Shown here: piece after piece, positions 25,837 to 38,360 of the stretch | Layout of the letters: each line of letters begins with the position of its first letter | Numbering within the stretch: position 1 is the stretch's first letter | Assembly (NCBI GenBank): GCA_051047955.1 | Contig: JBPGPT010000012.1 | Location: 1-64,000, forward strand | Reading direction: 5' to 3' | DNA: 64,000 bases | DNA from: Cystobasidiomycetes sp. EMM_F5 | Taxonomy: Eukaryota | The notes under the pieces: generated by a model | The model's database searches: none | Told to the model about the DNA's origin: nothing | The model's input: the letters and a program-made list of their open reading frames with translations, nothing else | Position numbers and translations under genes: made by a program

Positions 25837-26937
25837 CGTCGTGGATGGGTAATGTCCAGACGGCAACCACCCCAACTCACCGAGAACGGAAAACAGAGCC
25901 AGTCTCGGCCAGGAGTAGTCGCAGGAGTCGTCTGAGGGGGCCTTCAGAGCCAGACTGTGCTGTCGCCTTTGGTTGCTCGTAGCCGATTCACTCTACTGCG
26001 AGTGCGGTATGCAGCCCACTGTACACGCGCGTCTTGTGCGATATTGCGTCCAACCGGGCGACAGGCAGCGGTATGCACGGGCTGGGTGCTTGAGATGCGC
26101 TGTAGAGTGCTGCTGCTCTTCACTCTGCAGTCATGCTCGTCGTTGTGCAAGTCGGGTCTATGCAGGTTGGAAGGCAGACTGCCTCTTTTCGCTGGCTGGC
26201 TCAACTGGCACCTCACAAATTGCAAACAAAATAACGGCCCGCACCGCCAAAACAAACAAGGACCGTCGGTGGGAGATTGACACTCGCACTGGCAAAGAGG
26301 TGTGCCCTCATCCACATCTGCACACTGTACAACCACTTCAGTCTGCACTTAACTACGACTACCCACTTCAGCCTCCTCCATTCCACGCCTCTATTATTTA
26401 CTGTCTCTCCCAGCCAATAGGCAGCCGCGTTCCTCTCGAGCGAGTCGCGTTTATTTGGCAATTTCGAACTCTGAAAGTGGCGGCGATGGAGGGAAGAGTG
26501 TTTACAATTTGGACAGAGTTGCAAATACAGAATGTAGTATGCATGGACACGGGCAGAAGAGAAGAAGACATAACATGTATGTCGGTCTGTCATTGTGCAA
26601 GACTCATACCGCTCTCGTCCATACTTCAACCATCCGCAGCTACTTCCTTTGCGGTAGAACTCACCTCGACTTTCAACACGCAGCATCTCGACTGCGTTTA
26701 TTTGTTGACAGGGTTTGTCGGGTGACATGCGCCCGATCGCTTACTGTACGGGAGTTTCCAAGCAGAAAAATAAATCCAAGCAAAATGGCGCGCGCAGCAG
26801 GAATAGGGGTTCGCAAACCTGGTCTCATCGTATGACTGCAGCTCAGATGCTGCACACAAAAGCCATTGTCGACTGTAATAGACCTCTTGTTGGCCGCCTT
26901 CCCGACCATTCGTCATCTTTTCGCTTTTCCCAAAGAC

Positions 26938-26962
26938 ACGCGTCTCCGAGACGCGTTTCGTG
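26938..26962. promoter_or_regulatory. Tandem MCB boxes (ACGCGT x2) forming a palindrome, overlapped by an SCB-like TTTCGTG
   Basis: ACGCGTCTC-C-GAGACGCGT at 26938-26956, with TTTCGTG at 26956-26962, upstream of the forkhead gene. Confidence 0.45.
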
Positions 26963-27139
26963 CAAATTTCGATCAGGCGTCAATAAAGAGCAAGCTATAC
27001 AGTTTGCTGAAAAGGACAGGGAGCACTGTATCGTATCGCATCGCATTGGGTTTGACAGCCGGCATTGTCCTTGCTTCAACAATGACAAAATACGCAACCT
27101 TGTGCCGTGAAGAATGTGGCTTCTGTTGCTCATCATGAT

Positions 27140-29773
27140 TCAAGGCCTGAAAGGCTCCAGCCATCTATAGGTTGCGTAAAACGTTAGCTCTTACTTTCCA
27201 TGTGCATTCACAGCATCATCATCACAGACACACCTGTTTGCCGATTCAAACATGTCTGACATTTCCTCCTCGAGCGACTTTTCTGCTTTGAGCATCCGGA
27301 CAGCCGCAACGACCGTATCCCAGAATCGTACTCCTCTTGCTAGTTCATGTCGGACGTCGCGGACATTGTTGAATCCTCCCTCGAGCATACCAGAGACGGC
27401 CTGCTTGACATTCTCCAGCCCTTGTCGCCTATCCTCGTCGTCACTCGCAGAGATTGTCTCGGATGGCGAGACGAATCCTCCCAATTCCTGAGCCGTGCCC
27501 AACTGCATCTGAGTACCAATCATACTGCACGCATCGCACCACCCTTTCCACAGCACGCCCATACCGGTGTTTGTATCGCTCCTGAAAGGCAAAGAAAGCG
27601 TAATGTCCATAAAGTCGTCTCGATCTCTCTTTGCATCGCCCTTCAAGAGCATATGACACGACAGTGCCTCGAGCATCGATCTCAACGAACGGGAAAGCGT
27701 CCGTAAGAATGAATTGAAGACGAGTAATGACCGCGATACAGGTCCCGCCCACGCTTCTGCTTTGAAGTTTAGGGGAACGATAGAGAGTACCCGCATGACG
27801 AGCATCGCATTTGCCTTGTCCTCCTCTCCTCCTAGGTTCGGTCCGCCAGAGTACGTTTTGTTGCCATACCGTCTCGAATGAAGTACGCCCGCTCGAATGA
27901 GCTCAATCGCTAGGTACAGCGGTTCTTGAAACTTGTCATTTACACGAGAAACCTTCAACGCCTTGTAGAGCGCTTTACCGTGCGCTAAAGGCATATGGTT
28001 ACTTCCAAGGAAACCGCGCAGCTCAAGGAACCGCCAGAGCGTGTTTGCAACAATTTCATCTCGCTTCTCGAGCGGGTGAGGACCGCGCTGGATTCTCGTG
28101 CGACCAGCCCACTGTTCTCCTTCTGCGGTGGCCCCGAGACATAGCCGAATGTCGATAGTGGAAGACTGCCAGTATCTCTGAGATTAGCCCTTGTCTGAAT
28201 TGTCATACATTGTCGTTCACGTACCCCCTGCCGCCTCAGCTCCTCCTGAATGACAGACAAAGGTACATTCCACCACGCCGTTCTCTCCAGAATATTGAGC
28301 GTCGCTTCGTTGCTGTGATTGATGGGGAAGTTGCGGGATGGGTCGTAGTAGAAGATGGCATTCTGCAATTATTAGGATGCACCGCAGATCAGAATAATAA
28401 CATCATTCGCTCATTGACGCGTGGTACGTACGACTTGACGTTTTTGCCAAAAGGGTTCAAGGCAGGAACTGATGAGCGCCAGACTGATCCTCCGGGGACT
28501 TTGCGGACCGAGCGTGACGATTTTTTCGAGAAATTGGATGTAGTCTGGACTTTCACCTCCACATAGTGGTGCTTGCTCAACCCAGTATCCTGTTGCAAGA
28601 GGAGCGACAATCGATGGTGAGAGTAAACCTCTGAAGACTTGGAAGTAGACTTCGTCAGATAGACGGTGTGAGAATACGTCTGCCAGATCCGAGGGGATAT
28701 CTTCTGCTCGCATCTTGTCGTCTGGAATCGGCAAAGCGAGAGGAAGAGGCATCACACGCCCTCTGTCTGAACCCTCGGCAGACATGACGATAGAGCATTT
28801 GACGAGGGCCTGTGCGCGAGCGAAGGTTTCGGCGTAGTCCATTAGCTGTACGGCGGGATTGTCGCGCATTGCAGCGATTACGGCGCGTGCACCGTTACCG
28901 TGCTGCTTGACGAGATCAATGACGGCCTTGAACGACCACTCGACAAGTGGGATGGAAGGGGCGCTGTCAAAGCCCGCCATCACGCATACATCTAGAAACT
29001 GCTCCGAAGTAAGTCCAATCTCCTCGAGCAGCGCATTCTTGGAGATGAATGAGAATGTCTGCTGTTCAAAGTCGACGTTGACAATCAGTTTATCGACTCC
29101 GGGAAACATTAGAAATTCGGAGGTCGACCATGTCGCATGGGTGTAGTGCTTCGGTGACCTCTCTAGATAGACGAGCTACAATCACAAAGTCAGATCATGA
29201 CACTGTTGCTTTGAAGGCAAAAGTATCACACTTGCCTGCGCCCAAGCCACATAGGGGGCTATAACGAATTCCGTCTTGCGGTGATGAAATGTACGGTGAA
29301 CTGCTCTGAAGACATCCACAGGAGCGATGGGAACGGACGCAAAGGTCATGGTCGCAACATCCGAGCGTCCTTTCTCGTATGCTTCCCACCCCGCCTGACG
29401 TTTGGCTGGACGAGTATCGCCGGTCGCCAGAGGGCGTTCGCGCTTAGGTGGTGCCAGACCGGGGAATACAAAGACAGGTTTGATGCCGACGTTTTGCAAT
29501 ATCCTCATCTCTCGCGTAATATGCTCCTCGAGCGCCAAGGGTACACCACCTAGAGCTGGAACCAGCGGCTCCTTAGTTTTCGTAGACGACAACAATCGTC
29601 TAACGTAGACTTGGGCATCGATACCGAGTCTTGCATCTCGCAGCGCAGTCAGCGGAGCCTCCCGCACGAGTTTCTTGTCGCTCAGCAGGACTTCGCGATT
29701 GTGTACCGCATTTTAGCATGGAAACGGCAAGATATCTCGAGACCGACTCACAGTCTAGCGCTCGGATAGTCAT
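27140..29773 (-). CDS. MKT1: Mkt1-family PIN/XPG-like post-transcriptional regulator
   Basis: Motifs RLGIDA, EPLVPALGGVPLAL, IKPVFVFPGL, APYVAWAQ|LVYL, EQFLDVCVMAG, WRFLELRGF, QEPLYLAIELIRAG, WAGPVSRSLLVFNSF. Final exon WLEPFRP* ends at 27140. Confidence 0.9.
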
Positions 29774-30204
29774 GCCTGCCAACAGCAGCAGAGCCCGCTG
29801 CTGTAGCAACTATGCGGCCTTCTCTTAAATTTTGTGCGCTTGCAGCATTCGTCCCCCTAAACCTCTCGCTTGTTGACGCACAGTCGAAAGCTGAATAGGG
29901 GTGCAAGGCAAATCACACAATCATAGGGTATACTCGACTCCCTGCAATGCAATTCACTAAACTACAAGATGCTCGTCTTTACCTGTTGACAACATTGCCA
30001 AATCACCCCAATCATTCCAACTTGAAGCTGGCAGAAAGCGCTTGTGACTCCTGCCTACGCTTTTTACGTCGTTAGGACGCTGTGAGAGTTTCATTTGGGC
30101 ATCGTCGCGTGCGTATCGATAGTACTGATGGTGTATGCTGCTTCAATGCAAATGCCACGCGTCGCTTCAGCACATTCCGGCATAGTCGGCGTAAAGTGCG
30201 CACA

Positions 30205-31600
30205 CTACATGCCGGCCTGTAAAAGCGGCGGCGGCGGCCCTGAGCGCGTTTGATCCATGAAGAGAACCTTGAAGCCTTCGTATGTCACCCTATAGTGCCG
30301 ACATGGTCGTCAGAGGCTGAGCAGACGGAATGACTTGTTTATACGCACCAACTCAACGCATTCGAGGGCATGAAAGTCAGCACTCTTGGAGCCAAACCCC
30401 GCAGGAATCCTTTGAATCCATGTCTGTACCAAATAATCTTGAAGGCATCCGACATCCCCCTCGCATGCCGAATCTCTGGGTCTGTGCTCGTCCCTCTCGT
30501 CTGCAACAGCGTTTTCGCAACGTCTAACGGCGTCGTCACAGCCCCTCCTACTGCGCCAGCGATACCGCCTGCGATGACATGCGTTGTCGCAGAGTATGTT
30601 TCGCTAGGATTCAAGACTTTCTTGAAGAATTCGTATGTGCTGAATTGTACGGCAGTAAAGGGGACAGTCATAACCAGTGTAGTGGGATAGGAGAGGTAGA
30701 AGGCTCGCAACCCTTCTGTCTGATATACGTTTCTCGCGCACTCTGCAACGGTACGATAGGCAGACCCATGCACTTGCATTCTTTGCTTGACGACTGTACG
30801 AATCACAGAGAGAAGGGAGATTTTAGTAAGTCAGTGAATGCGCAGGCAATGTCGAGCGTAGTGCTTGGTAACGTACCATCGAAAGGATTCATCAGAGCAT
30901 CTGAAGCTATTGTCGCAGAGGCTCCTGCTATCGCCGTCGCAGCAAATTGATGTCCTTCCCTATTTCCACCCGCAAAATCTTTCACCGCTTCGTATGTCCC
31001 GAAATACACTGCGTGCGCTGGTCCTGCTCCCAAGATGACTGACCACACTCCCCTCCATAACCGCGAAGCTCCCTCCGTGCTCGAGATTCGTGAGAAAGCC
31101 TGCGTCATCCCGGTATATACTGCGGCAGGCTGTGTCGAAAAAACCTGCATTCTTGTCTGTGTGCGACGAGGCAAAATTGACAATCAGTAAGAGCGCTCGT
31201 TCTACACTGCAGAATGTGGCCACGACTAGGAAAAGGGATCTCGCAAGCGGCATACCTTTATACTATCGACGGGGAATATGACTGCATGTTCGGTAATTCC
31301 GGCCAGCGAGCCTGCCAGCATAGACACTCCCACTACCGTTGCATTGCCAAATTTCAGATTTGATGCATTAGAATGCAGAGGCCGGAAAGTCGCGATCCGA
31401 TGAATGCATTGCGATATGGATAAAGGAGCAACAAGTGTCAGATTGGATGCAGCTTGCATGGATCATGGGCTTTGACATGACTGTTCGAAATCCATCGACA
31501 CAGCCAGATCGCAGCAGACAATCGTGAAGCCAAAAAGCTGCAAGATGAACGCACATGGAGCATGCGAGCCTAAGGACTCATAGTCGATCTCCTCTGCCAT
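30205..31600 (-). CDS. MRS3: Mitochondrial iron carrier (mitoferrin, Mrs3/Mrs4 family)
   Basis: Motifs DYESL, AGITEHAVIFPVDSIKTRMQ, GAGPAHAVYFGTYE, DALMNPFDVVKQRMQ, SYPTTLVMTVPF, TTPLDVAKT. Confidence 0.92.
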
Positions 31601-32058
31601 GTGCTGGAGCCAACGTCGCTCGACGGTATCTTCCGCCAAAGTCCGGTCGTCGTAGCCGCTTGAAGTCTCTCGGTGACGATTTGCGACTTTTCAGTAAAGA
31701 CTGCACTAGCCAGAGTGTTGTAACAGCACGGGCAGTATGCTTAGACCAGGATCAGCAATGTACAATAACAGAGTTGTTAGCAGACGTTGTCAGTAGAAAA
31801 TTGCACGCCCGCAAGATTTTGACCTGCCGCGGACAGTTTGAATTTGGATCGCCACTGATTCTGCATTCATTGACAGCTCTTGCCAGTGTCGGCACTTGAC
31901 GGAGGAGACGTCGCGAACACGATCTTCTTCCGATAGGCGGCAGGTAATTACGCATCGAGAAGCAAACAGCCTAGATGTCTAAGGTATTCGAGGCAGAAAT
32001 ACACATATTCTAGGCATACACACGGCTCCGCTGGCATTCTAGATCGGGTCAACATCGT

Positions 32059-33157
32059 CTACGCAGCAGTTCCATTCGCCTTGGCTTGGTTGCTCGCCTG
32101 CTGTGCGGCCAATGCGTCATGCTTGTCAATGTCGACCATTTCCCAAGCTGTGCGGGGAAGACAGGATTTGCAAATCAGAAAATTGTGCGACAGTGTGCGC
32201 AACAAGGTCAGCGCCAGCTTACGATAATCCACCCAGACGTCTGGCAGGTCTTCTCCGCTAAAGTACATTACGCTATCTGGAAGCTGCGCTGCTTTTGGCT
32301 TGAGCTTGTTGTGCACCACAAAGATGCCAAACTCAGTCGGGGGAGTCCGGGCTCGTTGCTCTTCAGACAGAGACTCCAGCTGGAAAGGTAATACCACAAG
32401 TCAATCAGGCGTGACGCAAAGTAAATAGCGCCAGCCAGGCCATGTGTTTGAGCGCACCTGCTTTGCGAGATCTGCTTGGAGTTCGCGGACGGCGTATGCT
32501 AGCGTGGTCCGGGTATCGTCAACCTCATCCTAGCATGCAAATCTAGTCAATGCTGTGCTGGCTTGCTTGACTCGTCATCACGTACGACGATAAGAATCCT
32601 TCTGCCGAGTAACGGAGTCCTGCCCAATGTCGAGAAGTCTAGCCACTGGGTCCGAACGACCTCCTTTCCTATCTGCTCCGCTGTAGAGCTGCCGAGTTGC
32701 TCGTACAGAGATAAGCCAATAGCTTGGATTGGGATGTTTCTACCGCCTTGGATCTTGCAGAATGTCCTCAGAATTCTGGAGGGTGCGAATCCTCCTCCAC
32801 CGATTGCAACAAACAAGTCTGGTCTAAGTACGCAGCAGCCATGCGGAGGAAAGAGTCAGACCCGGGTTGGGGAAGAGGAGGGATAGATGGAGACCGCATC
32901 TCACCGAAATTCCGTCTTGATCTTCTCGGCAGCATTCTTGATTAGTTTCTGAGTGTCATAAAATGTGTTTGTAGTCAGCGTTGACCTTAGTATGTCATAA
33001 TTGCTTGCGAATAGTGCAAGAGCCCAAGAAGCCAGTTTTCTTGTCTGAAAAGACGATTCGCAACAGAGACCCTACGCAACGACAGCCTGCAAGCATGATT
33101 GCGACATACGTGTATATCATTGTACGTGACGCGGAGATGGCCATCGTCAGCGCTCAT
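32059..33157 (-). CDS. XPT1: Fungal xanthine/hypoxanthine-guanine phosphoribosyltransferase (Xpt1/Hpt1 type)
   Basis: Motifs VTYNDIH, AIGGGGF.PSRILRT, IGLSLYE, ILIVDEVDDTRTTL (PRPP loop, spliced), FVVHNK, WVDYPWE. Confidence 0.92.
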
Positions 33158-33560
33158 CTTGATTGTCAGGTTTTTTTGCAAAAAGTCAAGCCTTATCCGA
33201 GAAGAAAAGCGTGATCTGAAGCTCACACACCGCTCTTCTCGACAAATGTCAATCCTGCATTTGCGGCTCTAGATACTCTGCAAAGTGCACATCACAGCGC
33301 TTACTTGACCTCAACCGGCCTCACTCCTTCACCCTTAGCACAATAACGGCAGCCAAGATCTCTCGGCAAGAATGCCTGGGGCCGTATGTCAAGGGCAGCC
33401 GTTGTACGCCCAGCATCGGCCACCATTTGGCTGCTTGCGTTACCAACACTGACTAGTTTACTGCTGACTGCTGACTACTGACCGACTATTCGATGGCATT
33501 CCACTGACTGTCATTGGGCAGCACGGCAGGATCAATCTATATCCTGGAGTACGGACCGCC

Positions 33561-35399
33561 ATGATTTTGCATCAGCTTAGCTTCGAGCTCGCTGCTATCG
33601 TGCTTTATGTGTCCTCTAGCGCCGCGCATCCTGCAAAGTCAACATCGTCCGGAACAGATTACGCAGACCTCCTTTTATCGCATACCAGACGACCTGGCTT
33701 ACGGAGCGATTCTGTGACGGATAGCCTGTCGTCGTGGTCGCAGTTTCAGTCTACAAATATGCACTTCAAGTATGGGCGGCGCCGATATGCACCTGCAGGC
33801 GGCATAGACACAAGTCCCATTAGGCGACAGGCTAGGCTCGCGGAGGAGGACATGTACAACCTGTACTCTGATGCAGAGGTATGCTTCAACACACAGTGTG
33901 TCATAGGGTCCGGTCTGAAGCGCGAAAAGTTCTACGCAAGAGTCAAGCTCGGCGAATTATCACGTATATTTTGAAGTGGGCTTCCACGACAAAGCTCATG
34001 TAGTAATCTTTCCTCAGAACTGTTCAATCTGGTACTAGATACCGGGTCCGCAGACATGTGGACAGCAAACAACGAATGCGTTGGCTGTCCAACCGAGACG
34101 CATTTATACACACCCGGCAACAGTCCTTTTGATGAAGGTGCAATCATACAGCCGAAAGTTCACTCATCTTCGGTTGCTCTACCACGTCCGGAGCAATCAG
34201 GTCAAGTAATGGGTCAAGTGGGCGATGCTTTCTCCGTGTCGTACGGCTCGGGTTCAGCAAGCGGAAAGCTCGTTTCGGATACCGTGAGTATGGCAGAGCG
34301 ATTTACACAGCAGCCGATATTCGGGTCCTGCTCAAACGTTACAGAGGGCCTGATTGCCGGCGGTGTCAGCGGCGTGATGGTGTTAGCTTTTGACAATATT
34401 GCTCGGAGCAAAATTATGCCATTCTGGCAAGCCCTCGCGGAAACAAATCAGCTCGGACAATCCCCAGAGATGGGCTTTGCTTTCACGCGACGATTGCATA
34501 CCACTTCGCCGTCAGCCTTACCAGAGTACGGAGGGGCGTTCAGTCTCGGAAAAGCGAATGGGACGTTATATACAGGCAGTAAGTGCGTCGCGGTGGTAGT
34601 AACGAGCCTGATGCTGAGCAGCAGTCGCTTCCAGATGTCTCGTGGAACCCCTTGAGCGAAGCAGGTTTCTGGATGATCAGTATGAAAGACGTTACTGTTC
34701 AAGGCTATAAATTAGGCATCTCATCCAGCAAGGTTGCTATCGATACGTGAGCATCACCAGTCCGACCCGGAGGTAGCAGCTTTGACTTGACTAAATGGGC
34801 TCCAGCGGAACGTCGTTGACAGGCGCACCCGCTGACGCCGTTCAATACATCTTCAGTCATATCCCAGGCGCAATCGAGGCGACCGACGTCAAGTATCGCG
34901 GATACTATTACGTAGGTCGTGGTTTTCCGATAGTTCCAGCGCCTTTAACCATAATGCACAGATCCCCTGCGCGACCAATGTGAATCTCAGCTTGACATTC
35001 AATGGAGCCACCTGGCCAATTTCACCAAACGATTTGAACATCGGCGTAGTTTCCACAAACACCAACTCGGATAACATTTCAGAATCCATGTGTCTAGGAG
35101 GCATCTTTGCCCTGGCGGCGCACCATGACCGCAGCAGCAATGCTCCTGAATGGGTCATCGGAACAACTTTTCTCAAGAATGTATACAGCATTTTCAGGTA
35201 CCGTAATCCACAAGCCGTAGGATTTGCGCACCTACTTACAACCGCTCTTGCTTGGAACGTGCCGCCCCAAGGGCATTCGGGTTTGGACAGTAGCGAAACA
35301 AGCATAAAAAGCAGTGGCACGGCTCGAAATTACTATTCGCCGACTAGGATAGCTCTTCGTGCCTTCCTTCTGGCTTGTGCCCTGCAGAGATGCATGTAG
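33561..35399 (+). CDS. Secreted pepsin-family (A1) aspartic protease, possibly membrane/GPI-anchored
   Basis: Signal peptide. Both catalytic motifs are present (LVLDTGSADMW; spliced AIDTGTSL), with flap SYGSG, WVIGTTFLKNVYSIF and a Ser-rich, hydrophobic tail. Confidence 0.88.
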
Positions 35400-35510
35400 T
35401 GTACTATATATTCACATAATTTCAGGCTTTACAATGGTCCGTTTGACACAATGCAAAGTCTGCTTAGACTGTATTGTAGAAGTTGTGTGCAAATATGTGA
35501 AGAGTGTCCT

Positions 35511-36585
35511 TCACCGCTTCCGCATGCTTAGAACGTGTGCATTGTAGAATTGCATGATGAGTGGCGTTGCATTCAGCACCGTAGGTCCGTCACCTGTTTA
35601 TTGTTTCAAGAAGGTCATCAGCGACGGTCGCGACACATACTAAGCTCACTAGTGACGCACCGTGAGCGATGTTGTCTGTGTTATTGGATGTGCTGGGCCA
35701 AGAATGGCCCATGCCTTTTATCCAGTAACCTTGCACGATGTTTTGGGTGTTGTTGGTTCCGCATGAATAGGTGGTGATGTTGACATTTCCTGCCCCTCCG
35801 TATCCACTCGGAAACGCCTTCGATCCAGCTGTCGCATTGCAGCCGTTTCTCTGGCCCCACCACGACAGCCAGAGCGGAATTGGCGGTTCATTACCGCCAG
35901 CGCTGTTATTTTTGCCATCGTATGGTACTGTATCATCGATGCTGCCGTGAAACTCAAGGTACGGAGTGACCGTCTGCACATTGGGGCATTGGCTTAGTGC
36001 ATTGTCCGTGTAAAAGGCGCCAGAGCAGGATGAGAAGGCAGCGAAGCGTGCTCCGACAGTCGAGCAAGCCAAGGTATCGACGAACCCTCCGCCGTTGCTC
36101 TTGCCCGAAGCGTATATGCGAGAGTCGTCGATGCAGTACATGCTGCGGAGGGAGTCAAGCAGATCATTTGTGAATTGCGTATCGTTGGACAAGGGCGAAG
36201 CATACGAAGCACCCTGCCATGCGCTCTGATTGCCAACGCCGAGAAGGCCTTGGGGATATACTGAGATTGCGTACGGATTGTATGCCTCATTGCCGAATTG
36301 CGTGAGGGCATACTGAACATCTGAAGATCCGTTGCGGCCGTGGTAGGTAATGACGAGGGGGGTGGGCTTGCTGGAATTATAGGTGGACGGGACGTAGATG
36401 GTGTACGTTCTGTTTACTCCTGAGCTCGTGGTAAGCGAGATGGACCTGTTGCTGTATCGCTGGAAGGGAGGTATCTTCCCGCAGCCAGACGTGCCGTTTG
36501 ATGGGGTTGATTGTCGACGTAGGGGCGTGCCTACTACGAGAGCTAGGGGAACGAAGCATACCAGACTGATTAGCAGGGAAAGCAT
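35511..36585 (-). CDS. Secreted carbohydrate esterase family 1 (feruloyl esterase / PHB-depolymerase-like)
   Basis: Signal peptide MLSLLISLVCFVPLALVVG. Motifs PLVITYHG, YPQG, GKSNGG nucleophile elbow, FHGSIDDTVPY, GHSWP. Last exon ends at 35511. Confidence 0.88.
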
Positions 36586-36991
36586 TTTTCTGTCACAATG
36601 TAACAATGTCAGAGAGAAGGCGGAAAGAGTGCAATACTTGATGGAAAAAAGGCGACATGTTGTGGTATTCCGTTTGCCGGCTAGCGTGTAAATCGGGAAC
36701 AAACATGTGCTTTGCAGCTCGGCCAGCCGTTTACGGGTCGCCCCGGTCATTCTACGCGTTATTACCCCGGACCTGACCGAGTGTGTATATGCGGAGAGGT
36801 GCGGGAGGTGAGCATGGAAATTCCCGTGGACGTACAGCTTACAGTACTGGAGCTTAAGCACAGTAAGACCTTGCAGTTTCGATTGGCAGCTCATCGAAGC
36901 GCGGGTTCCTCGTCCAAGCTCATGATTCCGACAAGACCGACTTACCTACGATGAATGGCTCAGACCGCCTGTTCTGAGGCTCTGACAGACT

Positions 36992-38067
36992 ATGGATCAG
37001 TCACCGTACGCTGCCAGCCCGCCTTATGCTGGAGGAGCTAGTCATCAGCGGTCTTTTCTGCTCGACGAGAGCTTTGATGGAACTGGAGAGGGCATCAGCA
37101 GCCAAGGCCTGGGCGACAGCAACGACAGCAGAGTCGTGACAAATGAGGCTGCTCAAGTACGCAAGGCTTCAGGCGTCGTGGACAGCGTAGTCGACGTCCG
37201 CGAACACCCGAGCGAGAGGACGCAGGCGGCGAAGCCAAACGCACCCGACTCAGGCATTGTGACACTGACACCGGAGGAGCTCCACTTTGCACGCCAAAAG
37301 CGCCGGGAAGAACGTCTTGTACGCGAAAGAGATGGCCTCGCCAACATGAATACCCTGCTGGAGCAAGCGATATCCAGCTTTGCAAAGACCGTCAACAAGG
37401 CTGAGGTAGATTATGTTTGGCTGCGTGCATAGGGCTGCCTACTCACGACAGATCCTTTCGTCATTTCATCACGCTCATGCTACAATTCCTTCCGCTTCAA
37501 CAGCAACTGCAGCAGACAATGGCAGCCACCCATGCTCTTATCGACAAGTATGCAGAGATATATGATCACGCCAACGCTACGCAAGAACTCTTGCTCGACG
37601 GCTCATGGGAACTACAGAAAGTCCGTGCATTTTACTCAATACGCCCTGTAAAATGCTAATTCCGCTGCGAAAAATGCAGGACATAAACGAAGCCGCGGCC
37701 GAGGTTGCAGAAGCACAGCGGGTCGCACTGGAGATCAAACGACAAGCTCTTCATGAGGCGAGTCTACGAGAAGAGCAAGAACAACGTCAGCGGCGCGCTG
37801 TCGAGGAGGCCGAGCGAAAGAGTATGTCTAGTGCTCGCTTCTCGTTTGACAATTGCGTCGCTAACGGACTCGGCAATCGTAGCTCTGCACAGCACAGCAG
37901 CTTCTTCAGTGCAAGGGCGTGGGAGAGGTATTAGTCGCGGCGGGCCATCCGGACGAGGAAGAGGTGTCGGCAATTCACGCATTGCTGTAGGCAGCAGTCA
38001 ATCGAGCACTCGCGGACGTGACACTAGCGTCAGGACGACCACTTCCATGAAAACCAGGCCCACGTGA
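36992..38067 (+). CDS. DUO1: DASH/Dam1 kinetochore complex subunit Duo1 (probable)
   Basis: Spliced core ERDGLANMNTLLEQAISSF...QLQQTMAATHALIDKYAEIY...TQELLLDGSW resembles the Duo1 coiled-coil ending in a conserved W. It is followed by a charged coil and an RG-rich tail. Confidence 0.65.
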
Positions 38068-38360
38068 TATCTACGCACAAAACTGAAATAAATCGACACT
38101 GCATAAGCTTGGTAGCTCCACCGAGAGCAACGCCCGGATGCGCATTACGGATGGAGCTTTGCCAATTAGCAAGCCTACTAAGGTACTACACAATGCCAAT
38201 CACTACAGCAGCATTCGCAACATATAGCATGCAGGCTATGCGCTCTTCATGGCTCGCCCGTAGCATTCAGGGACAATCCGCAGACACAAGACATGATTGA
38301 CCCCCGTCATCCCGGGTGCCTAATAGCGCCACATCCCAGAATCAGAGTCCGACTAGAACA

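Noticed and set aside
20695..25982. Long antisense and alternate-frame ORFs over the forkhead gene (similar over the kinase and GDB1)
   Set aside because: Expected shadows of Ser/Pro-rich, GC-balanced coding sequence, with no independent coding signal.
25944..27164. Many ORFs (up to 250 aa) on both strands upstream of the forkhead gene
   Set aside because: Cys/Arg-rich, random-looking translations with no motifs. They are better explained as promoter or long 5' leader, although 26213-26728 could act as a uORF.
33450..33512. Repeated CTGAC(T/C) words upstream of the aspartic protease
   Set aside because: Short degenerate microsatellite-like repeat with no spacer structure. It is not CRISPR-like and supports no function.
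36586..36894. 103-aa N-terminal extension of the CE1 esterase ORF
   Set aside because: A clear signal peptide begins at ATG 36585. The upstream part overlaps the divergent promoter shared with DUO1.
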